A stretch of DNA of 64,000 nt from a virus (taxonomy: Duplodnaviria > Caudoviricetes), in IMG/VR virus record IMGVR_UViG_2930430511_000001, positions 25,707-89,706 of that record. One strand, given 5' to 3'. How positions within the stretch are numbered: the stretch's first letter is position 1; every line of letters starts with the position of its first letter. This document shows, piece after piece, positions 44,533-54,528 of this stretch. Under the pieces are notes generated by a model. The model searched no databases and was not told the origin of the DNA. It saw only the letters and a list, made by a program, of their open reading frames with translations. A program made the position numbers and the translations under genes.

Positions 44533-45339
44533 TCAGGCCGCGTCGTCGGCGGGCCTGAGGCCCATGGCGATCGCGCGTTCTCGGGCGGCGGTGTTGATGG
44601 CGTCCTTGTTGCCGACCTGCGGGCGCGGCGCGGACGCTCCTGCGGGGGAGCCGCCGGGTGCCGGTGGGAGTGTGGCGGGTTCGGCGGGGGCCTTGATGCC
44701 GAAGAAGTCGGGGCGGCGTTCCTTGAGGGCGGTGGCTGCCTCGGTGATGGCGTCGGTGTCGGCGCCTTCGGGGATGCGTCGCTCGAGGAGGTCGTAGGCG
44801 TCCTGGAGGTCATCGTCTGCGGCTCCGAGCCGGACGAGGGCTGCCTGGATGCTGGTCTGTCGGGCGAGGCGGACGGCTTCGGTTTCGCGCTGTTCGATGG
44901 CCTTTTCGCGCTTGTCGAGGGCTTCGAGGCGGCGCTGCTCTTCGGTGAGGGCGGCCTGGCGGGTTTCGGCGGCGTCCTTGAAGAGCTGGCTGAGCTGGGG
45001 AAGGTCGACGTCGTCCGCGTCGAGGCCGGCGGCTTCGGCGATGCTGCGCATGACGGAGCGGCGGGCAGCTTCCTTGGTGTCCTTCATGATCAGGTTGAGG
45101 CGACGTTGTGTGAGGGTGACGTGGTTGGGGTCGTCATCCGGGTTGGGCGGTGTGTAGCTGCCGCTCTGGTCGTTCTGGTCGGCGCGCTGCGCTACCTGGG
45201 CGGGGGTGGGCGTCTGCGTGTCACCGGTGGCATCGGTGTCGTAGGTGTCGCCGTCGGCGTAGAAGATACTGCCGAAGATCCCCGTCGGGTACGGGTGAGA
45301 CCAGCCGGGCATCTGCTGGCGGTTCGGCTCGGGGCGCAT
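44533..45339 (-). CDS. Capsid scaffolding protein
   Basis: Coiled-coil, acidic, P-x-F-F motif; between portal and capsid. Confidence 0.75.
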   Translation of the reverse strand: MRPEPNRQQMPGWSHPYPTGIFGSIFYADGDTYDTDATGDTQTPTPAQVAQRADQNDQSGSYTPPNPDDDPNHVTLTQRRLNLIMKDTKEAARRSVMRSIAEAAGLDADDVDLPQLSQLFKDAAETRQAALTEEQRRLEALDKREKAIEQRETEAVRLARQTSIQAALVRLGAADDDLQDAYDLLERRIPEGADTDAITEAATALKERRPDFFGIKAPAEPATLPPAPGGSPAGASAPRPQVGNKDAINTAARERAIAMGLRPADDAA

Positions 45340-45403
45340 GGGTCTAGCCCTCCCAAAGGAGTAGTGGTCGGCCCCGCGCCTGTGATCAGGGTAGGCATAA
45401 ATG

Positions 45404-47326
45404 TCATCGGGTATTGCCCCTGCCCTGCCTCGGCCTGCTGTTTGCGCTGGTGGCGGTGTCGCTGGCGTCCTGGTCGTCGGCTTCCGGATCGTCAGTGGTG
45501 GCCTGGTCGGCTGCGGTTGGCGGCAGGACGACGGTGGGCGGGGCGGGGTCCGGGTTGAGGTCGAGGCCGAGGTAGTCGCCGACGGCGCTGCTGTCGCCGG
45601 TGGCGTCGGCGAGGTTCTTGGCGTCCTCGAAGGCCCTGGACTGGATCCGCGCGATCTCTTCTGTCACGTCCTCGATAGGGAAGCCGGCCTCGTCGAGCAT
45701 CCGCACAACGGTCTCCAGTGACAGGACCCGGTCCTTGTAGCCGTTGCGGGCCTGTTCCAGGACGGCGGCCTTGTCGGTGGGGGTGTACGGGCCGCGGACC
45801 AGCTTGGCGGACTGGACGGTCACGTCGGCCCAGTCGGGGTGCTGCCCTGCGAGGTAGAGGCGCTGGGCGAACTTGGGGATGAGAACGTCGGTGTGGTCGC
45901 GGGCCAGACGCATGCCGCCGATGAGGGAGTCCAGCGGGCCGAGGGACAGCTGGAAGGCGAACCCGGACGGTAGCTTGGCCGGGTCCATGGTGCCGAGTGC
46001 CACGGCGGGCAGGCGAGTGACGTTCGCGGCGCGCTCTTGCAGGTCGTGGCGGTGATTGCGGAGTTCGGCCAGTTGTGGGGCGGTGTTGACGGTGTCCATG
46101 CGGCCGGACTCGCCGAGTTCGAAGACCATGCCGGGCGCGACGGTGCGTTGCCGTTCGCCGCGGCCGGGTTGCTGGCCGGAGATGCCGATGATGGGTGCGC
46201 CGGTGGTGGCGGAGGCGCGGCTGCTGTCGGTGTCGGCGCCGGCCAGCTCGTCGAAGACCTGGAGGGCCTTGGCGAGGGACGACTGCCCCCAGTGTTCCTC
46301 GGCCGGCGGGACAGTGTTGGCGACGTGCACGACCGGGATGAAGTCCAGCAGCAGGTCGAGGTGGTCGAGGACCTCTCCGTCGGAGCGGGTGGCGAAGGTC
46401 GCCTTGTCCAGCGGGAGCGTGTCGACGTCGACGGGGCCCTTGATGTCGCCGAGGTTCCAGGTGGCGTCGGTGAGGTAGCAGGTGTCGAAGCTGGGTTCGT
46501 CGTTCCATGCGTAGAGGCGGGAGATCGCCCCGGTCTCGGTGAGGACGTCGCCCGTGGTCAGGCGCGGCGTCGCCTCTTCGTCTTCCTCGACTGCCTCAGC
46601 GGGTAGAGGGGCGCGTACGGCGCGGCCTCCTTGGTCGACGCCGGGCGCGGTGGCGGGGCGGATCCAGTCCAGCTCATAGGTGATGCGCCGGATCCGGGGC
46701 TTGAGGCCCCGCTTGGGGTCCTCGGGCAGCTCCCACGCGAAGTGGACTCGGCGGGGGAATTCGCCGCCGTCGTCGTCCTCGCCGATGATCGGGAAGTAGA
46801 AGCCGGGGTCGGTGACGCGGATCGTCGGCCTCTTCTTGGCGGGGTCCCATGCCAGGCGGTATACGCCATCGCCCAAGGCGACGGCCTTGCGTTCGCACTG
46901 CTGCATCCGCATCGGCAGCTGCTCGGCCTCCGCCCAGTCCCGCAGGAGGTCTTGGACGCGGGCCTTCATCGCGGAGTCCGGGGCGGGGTCGTCGGCGCCT
47001 TCGTCTTCAGCCCCGGGGACGACGATGTGCTGTTCGCGGCCCAGGACGTGGGAGACGAGGGTGTCGACGAACATGCTGGGATCGCCGAACTCGCGGCGGT
47101 CGCGTGCGTCGGGGTCGCCGCCGATGGCGGCCATCTCGCCGGCCTGGTTGGAGTCGTAGGCGGCGAGGAGCTTGTAGGCGGCGAGGCGCTTCTCGTCCTC
47201 GGCCGGTACCCACATTGCGACGGACTCGGGGAAGGCCCTGCGGTTGGGCATGCCGAGCTGGTCGCTGTAGATCGGCTTGTAGTTCAGCCACGACCAGGCG
47301 TGGATGACGACCTCGCGCAGGCCCAC
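45404..47326 (-). CDS. Portal protein
   Basis: 640 aa after terL; A..LGDG, SG-x-A motif. Confidence 0.8.
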   Translation of the reverse strand: MGLREVVIHAWSWLNYKPIYSDQLGMPNRRAFPESVAMWVPAEDEKRLAAYKLLAAYDSNQAGEMAAIGGDPDARDRREFGDPSMFVDTLVSHVLGREQHIVVPGAEDEGADDPAPDSAMKARVQDLLRDWAEAEQLPMRMQQCERKAVALGDGVYRLAWDPAKKRPTIRVTDPGFYFPIIGEDDDGGEFPRRVHFAWELPEDPKRGLKPRIRRITYELDWIRPATAPGVDQGGRAVRAPLPAEAVEEDEEATPRLTTGDVLTETGAISRLYAWNDEPSFDTCYLTDATWNLGDIKGPVDVDTLPLDKATFATRSDGEVLDHLDLLLDFIPVVHVANTVPPAEEHWGQSSLAKALQVFDELAGADTDSSRASATTGAPIIGISGQQPGRGERQRTVAPGMVFELGESGRMDTVNTAPQLAELRNHRHDLQERAANVTRLPAVALGTMDPAKLPSGFAFQLSLGPLDSLIGGMRLARDHTDVLIPKFAQRLYLAGQHPDWADVTVQSAKLVRGPYTPTDKAAVLEQARNGYKDRVLSLETVVRMLDEAGFPIEDVTEEIARIQSRAFEDAKNLADATGDSSAVGDYLGLDLNPDPAPPTVVLPPTAADQATTDDPEADDQDASDTATSANSRPRQGRGNTR

Positions 47327-48012
47327 TTGTGGTCTCCGTCCACTGTCAGGCCCCGCGCCTACCGATCAGGGTACGGGCGGATCGTGTGGACGTTGCCCCG
47401 GCAGGGTGGTCGAGCGCGAAAGGTTCCCGTTGCGCGTGGATCAACCCATTAGTTCATCCGTACGGGTGACGGCCATTCAGGGACGATCCGTGCGCACACG
47501 ATTGATGGCCTCTGGGGCCTTTTCGTGGGGTTAGAGTGACGCCTAGCGGACGACTCGATGCCCTCCACTCCCAGCGCTCCCGGCACACGTGTCCGGGAGC
47601 ACAAGGCCCCGGCTGAACAAATGGGAGTGAAGATGCTCGGGGACGAACCGCCGGACCAGGTGGGGCTACTGAGCCTGTATCTCGCGATGATCCAGTTGGC
47701 GCTCGACATCGCGCAGGTTCTCAGCACCCGGTAGCCCGGACCGGCGTCCGCACCGCGGTGGCACCAGCCCACAAGGCCAGGACCGCCGTCTCCATATCGC
47801 TGAGGGCCTCGCTACCGCGGGGCTCTCAGCTTTTTCATTCCCGGTTCAATGCAAGGGCTCTTGCGTTGGAACGACTCCGTCACTGTAGCCCGGGAGACAC
47901 GAGGTTTGTAATCGAGTCCGTAACTGGGAACCGAAAGTGTCATCCGTGATTCGCCCATTAATACGGGGACCAGTTTTGCCCAAAGGATTCACTTCAGGCT
48001 GCTTGTAGCGGC

Positions 48013-49560
48013 TCAGCGGCGCCCTGAGAGCCGCCTGTCGGTGTACGACGACGTGCCAACGGCTGCTGCGGCCGGGTCGGCGAGCTCAGTGAGGGCATGC
48101 ACAGCCGCATCCATCCGGTCCGGGGAGTCAAGGCCGGGCAGCCAGGTCACCATCTGCGTCTCCAGCTGCGGGAGCTCCCCCACGTGGTGGACGAGGCCCT
48201 GCTCATAGAGCTGCGCGATCGGCTCGGCCCTCAGGCGCTTGCCCTTTTTCGCGTTGACTTCGATGATCCGTGGCGCCACGCGGCCGTTGGTGAGGTTCTC
48301 GCGCTGAAGCTGCTCCCAGCCCTGGACGACGGCCTGCTTGGCCATGTCGCCTCCGTAGTTCGTCTCCACCACGATCGCGTCGGCGTCCAGCTCAAGGGCG
48401 AGCAGGCAGGCTTCGCGGCCGCGGTCGTTGGGGCCGTGTCGTCCGGACCGGTCGGCCAGGACGTAGTACTCGCCCGCGGCGCTGCGGCCGGCGGCGACGA
48501 TGCCGGACTCGTCGTTGGTGGCACTGTCTCCGCCGGAGGGGTCGATGGCAACGACAATGCGCGTGAGGTCGACGCCACGAAAGGCCACGGGGCTGACGCG
48601 GTGTGCGGTGATCCAAGCCCATTGCCACACGCCGCCTTCGAGCGGGCGGGGTTGCTGCTGATAGAGGGCCCACCACACGCGTTCGCCGACGGATTTACGG
48701 ATGCGGGCGTAGTCGTCGGCGCTGTATCGGTCGGGCCAGAGGGCTTCGCCTGGTTTCCGGCCGAGCGGGTCGTCGTCGGTGAGGGCGAGGGCGGGCAGGT
48801 CGATGACGATCCAGTCTTCGGGCTCTTCCTTCAGGAGGCGCCCGGAGAGGTCGTCGTCGTCCCAGCGGGTGTTCACGAGCAGGACGGAGCCTTGGGGCTC
48901 GAGGCGGGTGAGGAGGACGGACTGCCACCAGTCCCACACCCTGTCGCGTTGGGTGGGGGATCCGGCGTCTTCGGATCCTTTGAAGGGGTCGTCCACGGCT
49001 GCTACGTGCGCGCCGCGGCCGGTCAAGGCCCCTCCGACGCCTGCGGTGACCATGCCGCCTTCATGGCCGGCGATGTCGAATCGGTTGGCGGCTTGGGAGC
49101 CGTAGCGCAAGTCGATGCCGAGGGTGGGGGCGTGTTCGCTGATGGTGTTGCGGACCCATCGGCCGTGGTCGTCGGCGAGGTGTGCGGCGTAGGAGGCGAG
49201 CATGAAGCGGTGGTCGGGCTGCCGGCGCAGGTACCAGACGGGCCCCCAGCGGGAGGTCCGGCGCGACTTTCCGGCACGCGGGGGCATGGTCACCATGACC
49301 TTGAGGCGTTCACCGGCGGCTATGCGCTGGTAGATCCGGTCGATGATGTCCAGGTGGGGCGCCTGCATCTCCTTGCCGCCGGTGAGCACGCTGGACAGGG
49401 CCCCGGGTGAGCGGTCGAGGGCCATGCGGCGTTCGACGTGGGCCAGGCGCAGGCGCAGGTCGGGGCTGGCGCTTTGGGCGATGCGGCGCCGCTCCTGCCG
49501 GGGCAGGGCGCGGTACTCGGCGAGGACGGCGTCCTCGAGGTCAGTGGTCGGTGTCGCCAT
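48013..49560 (-). CDS. terL: Terminase large subunit
   Basis: MPPRAGKS Walker A, VDDP Walker B, TRW, YQQ-x-P, IDP, DRMDA nuclease acidic residues. Confidence 0.95.
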   Translation of the reverse strand: MATPTTDLEDAVLAEYRALPRQERRRIAQSASPDLRLRLAHVERRMALDRSPGALSSVLTGGKEMQAPHLDIIDRIYQRIAAGERLKVMVTMPPRAGKSRRTSRWGPVWYLRRQPDHRFMLASYAAHLADDHGRWVRNTISEHAPTLGIDLRYGSQAANRFDIAGHEGGMVTAGVGGALTGRGAHVAAVDDPFKGSEDAGSPTQRDRVWDWWQSVLLTRLEPQGSVLLVNTRWDDDDLSGRLLKEEPEDWIVIDLPALALTDDDPLGRKPGEALWPDRYSADDYARIRKSVGERVWWALYQQQPRPLEGGVWQWAWITAHRVSPVAFRGVDLTRIVVAIDPSGGDSATNDESGIVAAGRSAAGEYYVLADRSGRHGPNDRGREACLLALELDADAIVVETNYGGDMAKQAVVQGWEQLQRENLTNGRVAPRIIEVNAKKGKRLRAEPIAQLYEQGLVHHVGELPQLETQMVTWLPGLDSPDRMDAAVHALTELADPAAAAVGTSSYTDRRLSGRR

Positions 49561-50059
49561 CCGGGCCCTCGGCGGTTGGCTCGTCCTGGCCGGCGTTGTC
49601 GATGAGGGCGTTCAGCTCGGCGAGGGTGTTGCCCAAGGGGATGGCGCCGCCGTCGGGTCCGGAGACCTCGCTCTTGACGGGCATGTCGAGGCCGTTGAGT
49701 TTGGCGCGGCGGTCCATGAGGCGCAGGACGGTGTCGACGGCACGCATGTCGAGTTCCTCGCCGACTACTTGGCCGTCCTTGCTGTACACGGGGGTGGGTT
49801 GTGTGGCGCGGGGCCATGCGGCTTCGAGCAGCGCGTCGAGGCGTTCGTTCTCCTGCTGCCGGTAGATGGAGACTTCGGTGGCTTCTTCGTCGCGGTGGGC
49901 TTCGAGGGCGCGGTTGAGGTCGCGGCGTGCGGCGGCGGGGCTGGCGTAGCCGAGGACGAGGATGCGTTCGTCGTCGTAGCGGATGCCTTGGCGGCGGAGG
50001 CGCAGGAGGGCGGTGCGGCGTTGCCGGGTTTCGTCTTGCTTGAGTTTGCTGGTGGCCAT
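49541..50059 (-). CDS. terS: Terminase small subunit
   Basis: N-terminal HTH, ERLDAL...RRAKLNGLD, EVSGPDGGAI; directly upstream of terL. Confidence 0.8.
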   Translation of the reverse strand: MATSKLKQDETRQRRTALLRLRRQGIRYDDERILVLGYASPAAARRDLNRALEAHRDEEATEVSIYRQQENERLDALLEAAWPRATQPTPVYSKDGQVVGEELDMRAVDTVLRLMDRRAKLNGLDMPVKSEVSGPDGGAIPLGNTLAELNALIDNAGQDEPTAEGPDGDTDH

Positions 50060-50179
50060 GGCGGTCGGGGCTCCCGCTGTGTGTCGTGTCGATGGTGCAG
50101 GCCCCGCGCCTGGTTGAATCTTCCCGCATTTCGGGCGTTCCGTTCCCCCGTGCTCGGTGGCGGTGGGATCCTCCGCCGT

Positions 50180-50608
50180 ATGGGACGTGTGCGTGTGGTG
50201 GGGATGACAGTGGCGGCCGCGGCGGTACTGGCGCTGGTCGGGGGCTGCTCTGACGGGTCTGGAGGTGGCGGGGGTAAGGCGTCGGCGAGCCCGTCGGCCG
50301 CGGTGTCGTTGCCGGCGGCTATGGGTGTGGATGAGGCGTGGTCCCGGTATCAGGAGGTGGTGGCGCCGGGCTGTTCCGCGGAGGACTGCACCTCGTTCAT
50401 GGAGGCGAAGCTCGGTGCGGCGCGGGATCTGCGGGTGGCGTTGGCGGCGGAGGACAAGGCGCGGTTCGCGGAGCCGATCTCCGATCTGCGGGCGGGTGAG
50501 CAGGCGGCGGACCACTATGGCTGGGACAACCTGAATGCGCGGGGCAATGCGGCGGCGGTGAATGTTCCGATCCAGCGGGCGATCGCCTGGCTGCGGATGA
50601 ACCGCTGA
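50180..50608 (+). CDS. Lipoprotein
   Basis: Signal peptide with lipobox LVGG-C, Ser/Gly/Pro linker. Confidence 0.7.
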   Translation: MGRVRVVGMTVAAAAVLALVGGCSDGSGGGGGKASASPSAAVSLPAAMGVDEAWSRYQEVVAPGCSAEDCTSFMEAKLGAARDLRVALAAEDKARFAEPISDLRAGEQAADHYGWDNLNARGNAAAVNVPIQRAIAWLRMNR

Positions 50609-51047
50609 AAGAGGGGCGGCCCCGCGCCTGGCTGTTGGCAGGGGCGGGGCCGCGGCCCGGGGAGAGTGCACTCCTGCCGGGCGGTGCGCCGGGTCTGGGG
50701 GAACGACGGGCGCACGGTCAGTGAGCACGGCCCGGTGGCGCGGTTCCTCGGCGCGGGGACACTAAGGGTCGCGTTCCCGGGCCGTGCTGTTCCGATGGTG
50801 GGGCACGATCCGGGGTTTGTCCGACGTGCATTGCCCCGGTTACTGGCCGATGCCGCCTTGGCACTGCTCGCGGCTGCCGCCGGGCTTCTGGTGCGGGGTG
50901 ACTGGCGTTCCGGGGGGACTGCCGACGATCTGGTTGCACGTCGGGCATGTGGCGTTGGCTAAGCGGACCTCGATCTGCATGCTGCCTCCAGCACGAAGGG
51001 TGCCGCCCCCGTGTGGGGCGACACCCTGGGCTACCCGGCAGCGGTGA

Positions 51048-51539
51048 TCAGAACGCGTCTTGCAGGTCGAAGGCCCTGTTGCCTTTGCCCTGGCCGGGGC
51101 GGGCGGTGTGGATGAACGGCAGGAAGCCGCGGCCCTTGGAGTGGAATTCGATGCCGACGCCGGGGTGGGCGGTGGGGCGGGTGGGGGTGGCGCCCTCGGA
51201 GTATGCGTAGGTTCGCTTGATCTCGGGGCAGCCGCTGTTGTTGAGGACGGCGGCGATGTAGGCCTCCGCCGACGCGGGAGTGACCTTGCCGCCTTGGAGG
51301 AGCTCGGGGACGGCGACCTCGGCGGGCGGGGCGTCGGTGACGGACTTCTCGGGCTGGTCGTAGCTTTCGCCGGGGGCTGCCTGCGCCATTACGCCGAGCC
51401 ACATCTCGGAGCCGGTCACGAAGGTGACCTGGACGCCGAAGGGGCGGATGGTGCCCTCCTGCCACACCTCGGCACGCTGCACCTCGGGGGCTTTCCCGAG
51501 GGTTTCGGCGACGAATTCCATGAGGCCTTGGGGGCGCAT
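51048..51539 (-). CDS. Hypothetical protein
   Basis: GAAGGA RBS, GC3 bias. Confidence 0.6.
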   Translation of the reverse strand: MRPQGLMEFVAETLGKAPEVQRAEVWQEGTIRPFGVQVTFVTGSEMWLGVMAQAAPGESYDQPEKSVTDAPPAEVAVPELLQGGKVTPASAEAYIAAVLNNSGCPEIKRTYAYSEGATPTRPTAHPGVGIEFHSKGRGFLPFIHTARPGQGKGNRAFDLQDAF

Positions 51540-51591
51540 GCGGCGGTCCTTCCGGTGGGGAGCGAGCAAGTCTACGAGGCTGGGCGTGTGA

Positions 51592-52125
51592 TCACTTGTG
51601 GGTGTTGGTGGTCGTGCTGGTGGTGGAGCGGCCGAACCACTTGCTGTTGTTCGTGGCGTTCACGGTGGTCGTGTTGTGGATGTTGTTCGTGATGTTCGTG
51701 GTCTTGCGTCCCATAGACGGCAGCTTCCAGGCGATGACGGCGACGGCGGCAGCGACGATGCCGCCGGTGGTGATCCCGGCTCCCGATCCGATCTGGAGGA
51801 CGTGGCCGGTGGCCCAGCCTGCGGCGACGGAGGCGGGGGTGGAGGCGAGGAGGATCTGCGCGGTGCGGTCCATGCCGCGTTTCGGGGTCGGGGTGGGGGT
51901 GGTGGGCTGGTGGAGGCGGACGAGGTCGGCGATCTGCGCGGCGGTCATGGGGATCATCTGGTTGCCGGCGGGGACGTAGCGGATGGGTTCGCGTTGGCCG
52001 GTGATGGGGTCGAGGACGGGTTCGCCGTGGGTGGGCGGGAGGGGGTCGGGGAGCGGGGGCCCGTCGTAGCCGCCGGGGGCGAAGGAGTCGGCGGTGAGGG
52101 ATCGGGTCTGGTCGGGGGCGGTCAT
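51592..52125 (-). CDS. Spd-like membrane protein
   Basis: Pro-rich N-terminus, two TM segments, Thr/Asn-rich tail; downstream of traB. Confidence 0.55.
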   Translation of the reverse strand: MTAPDQTRSLTADSFAPGGYDGPPLPDPLPPTHGEPVLDPITGQREPIRYVPAGNQMIPMTAAQIADLVRLHQPTTPTPTPKRGMDRTAQILLASTPASVAAGWATGHVLQIGSGAGITTGGIVAAAVAVIAWKLPSMGRKTTNITNNIHNTTTVNATNNSKWFGRSTTSTTTNTHK

Positions 52126-52167
52126 GGGGTCTCCGTGGGTGCGGCGGCGGGCGGTGGTGGCGGATAC

Positions 52168-52200
52168 AAAAAGCCCCCGGGTACGACCCGGGGGCTTTCT
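52168..52200. terminator. Bidirectional intrinsic terminator
   Basis: AAAAAGCCCCCGGGT-ACG-ACCCGGGGGCTTT. Confidence 0.75.
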
Positions 52201-52214
52201 GGTCGTGTGGTGGT

Positions 52215-52391
52215 TCAGTCGTCGTCCGACTCGTCGACGGAGCTCGACTGCTCGTTGAAGTAGATCGCCGCGAAGCGCACGGCGGAGTTTTCGCTGAGGC
52301 CGGCCTTCTTCAAGGCTGCGATCAGCTCACTCACGTGGAGCATCGCCGCTTCCATGGGCGTCATCTTCAGGTCCGGGAACTCGTCCGACAT
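52215..52391 (-). CDS. Small hypothetical protein overlapping traB 3' end
   Basis: GAGG RBS; MSDEFPDLKMTPMEAA... Confidence 0.45.
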   Translation of the reverse strand: MSDEFPDLKMTPMEAAMLHVSELIAALKKAGLSENSAVRFAAIYFNEQSSSVDESDDD

Positions 52392-54513
52392 GGGTAACCT
52401 CACCGCATCCGTTTGCCGCGTAGGTTCCATCATGCCCGTTGCTGAGCTTGTCCTGTAGTGCGAGTTTCGCGCACAGGTCACGGAAGGTGCGCCCCGACTT
52501 TTCGTAGCCGGCCTTCACCATCAGCGGGTACACCTCGCCGGGCTTCGCCGGTCGGCCGAGACTCGCGAACAGCTCGACGGCGAGGGCGTCGTTCGACTTC
52601 GGCGAGACGCGCGTCTTGGCGAGTTCGATAGCCGCGTCCTGCGCTGCGGCCCGCTCGAGCTCGTCTTCGTCGAGCATGGTCTCGGTGAGTCGCGGGATCG
52701 CCATGGAAGCCCCCTGTGCGGTGATGGTGCCGCCGTCTTCGTCGATGGCGCGGCCGAGCAGCACGTCGTACGAAGCGGGTGTGGGCCATGACCGGTAGAG
52801 CTCCCATACCGATTCGTGCATACGGTCGGGGCCAACGTTGCCGTAGGCGTCGCCGCGGAGGTTGGGGATGCATCGGGCCCAGCGCTGCCCGTAGGCGAGG
52901 CCGGCGGCGCGCGCCGATACCTCGTCGAGGTCGGGCCGGATGCTGGAGAGCTGGCGGGCGGCGTCCATGAACAGCGTCTGCATCCGCTCATAGTCGGTGC
53001 TGCCCTCGGTGAAGGGTTCGGCCATGGTGGCGTAGGCCTTCGCGGGGGCGGGCTGGAACGGGCCCTTTGTGGCGCTCATGTAGACCACGGTTCCGGGGTC
53101 GGTGAAGATCGCCATGTCGGGGGCGCCGAACCCGGGGAACAGCATGGCGAGCTCGCTGGCGTTGTTGGTGCGCAGTCCGATGCGGCCGGGGGTGAGCTCG
53201 TCCATGGCTGAGGTGATGTATTCGCGGGTGGCGCGCAGGCCCGTGTTGGACACGCGGACGTTGACCGAGCGGCCTTCCTCGATGATGAAGTCGATTCCTT
53301 CGAGGACGTCGTCGGGCATCGACTTCGTCTCGTCTACGCGGATGTGGATCGCGGGGATTTCGGGGCGTGCCGGGAGGTTGTCGATGTCCTCGTCCTCGAG
53401 GAGGTCGGCGTACTCGGTCTTCCGGGCGGCGATGATGTTGCGGGCGGCCTGCACCATGAGGCGGCACTCGTCCTCGTTGGTGGCGGGCCAGTCGATGAGG
53501 GGTACGCCGATGCCGTAGCGGAGGTAGGGATTGATGAAGACGGCGGACATCTTCGCCGAGGTGTCCATGTCCCACACGATGCCGTCGATGCAGCGGATCA
53601 GCCCCAGGCCGAGGGTCTTCATCAGGGCCGTCTTACCGGACCCCTGCGCGCCGATCGCGATGACCCCCTCGTCCTTCAGGTTCAGGGCGGCCTCGGTGCC
53701 GTTGCCGATGACGCCGAACCCGACGGGCTTGTTGATCGTTGTCGGGGTGAGCTTCGGGTACGGGATCGCGCCCGACATCATGTTCTTCCGCGTGATGGCG
53801 ATGAAGACGACGTTACGGGGCACCTCGGGGCCGCCGGCCGAGAAGGAGACGCCGCCCCCCTTGGGCAGGTGCAGTGCGCCGGCCAGCTCGGCCTCGTATC
53901 CGCGCAGGGCGTCGATGTTCATGTGCGCCGGGAGTGTGATCTTCACGGTCTCGCCGGCGCCGGAGGGCCAGCGGTCGATGATCGGGTCGGCGACGGCGCC
54001 TTCGATTCCGCAGATGTCGTACAGGAGCTTCGCCCAGCCCTGCTGGGCCTTCGCGATCTCTTCGCCCTGCGCGAGGCGGCGGTCGAGTTCCTTCTCTGCC
54101 TCGCGGGTCGTCTCGCCCCACTTGTCCATGCCGATGTTCACGGCGGCGCCGGCCCCCCACACGGAGACGCCGATCACCATGGTCGTCAGGGTCGGGCGGG
54201 TGGCGAGCGCGTACGACAGCCATCCGGTAGTGGCCAGCCACGACGAGGCGCGTGCCGCCATTACGCGCCGCCAGGACCCGCGGGCCTTCTCGTACAGGAC
54301 GGCCGCGCCTGTGCAGAGGACTCCGGCGGTGGCGCCAGCTTCCCAGGGAATGTCGGCGAGGGGGGCGACGAGGGCGCTTGCGCAGGCGAGTTCGGCGCCC
54401 CATGCGGTGAGGCGTCCGGGGGTGACGGCGTCGCGGCTGAAGTCCCAGCGCTTGGGCTTGTCGGTCGGCGTCTCGAGCCCTGCGGGAATGCTTGTGGTGG
54501 TCACGGTCTTCAT
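52327..54513 (-). CDS. traB: TraB FtsK/SpoIIIE-like conjugative DNA translocase
   Basis: N-terminal TMs, GAQGSGKT Walker A, IRVDE Walker B, GRSVNV, C-terminal winged helix. Confidence 0.85.
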   Translation of the reverse strand: MKTVTTTSIPAGLETPTDKPKRWDFSRDAVTPGRLTAWGAELACASALVAPLADIPWEAGATAGVLCTGAAVLYEKARGSWRRVMAARASSWLATTGWLSYALATRPTLTTMVIGVSVWGAGAAVNIGMDKWGETTREAEKELDRRLAQGEEIAKAQQGWAKLLYDICGIEGAVADPIIDRWPSGAGETVKITLPAHMNIDALRGYEAELAGALHLPKGGGVSFSAGGPEVPRNVVFIAITRKNMMSGAIPYPKLTPTTINKPVGFGVIGNGTEAALNLKDEGVIAIGAQGSGKTALMKTLGLGLIRCIDGIVWDMDTSAKMSAVFINPYLRYGIGVPLIDWPATNEDECRLMVQAARNIIAARKTEYADLLEDEDIDNLPARPEIPAIHIRVDETKSMPDDVLEGIDFIIEEGRSVNVRVSNTGLRATREYITSAMDELTPGRIGLRTNNASELAMLFPGFGAPDMAIFTDPGTVVYMSATKGPFQPAPAKAYATMAEPFTEGSTDYERMQTLFMDAARQLSSIRPDLDEVSARAAGLAYGQRWARCIPNLRGDAYGNVGPDRMHESVWELYRSWPTPASYDVLLGRAIDEDGGTITAQGASMAIPRLTETMLDEDELERAAAQDAAIELAKTRVSPKSNDALAVELFASLGRPAKPGEVYPLMVKAGYEKSGRTFRDLCAKLALQDKLSNGHDGTYAANGCGEVTHVGRVPGPEDDAHGSGDAPRE

Positions 54514-54528
54514 CTCCTCTCTTGTGTC

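Larger units (their letters stand above)
1..50059. mobile_element. Phage-plasmid (plasmid prophage) backbone plus siphovirus morphogenesis/lysis region; element probably extends over the whole window and beyond
   Basis: parAB, rep and dciA co-occur with a syntenic terminase-to-lysis module; no chromosomal housekeeping genes seen. Confidence 0.85.
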
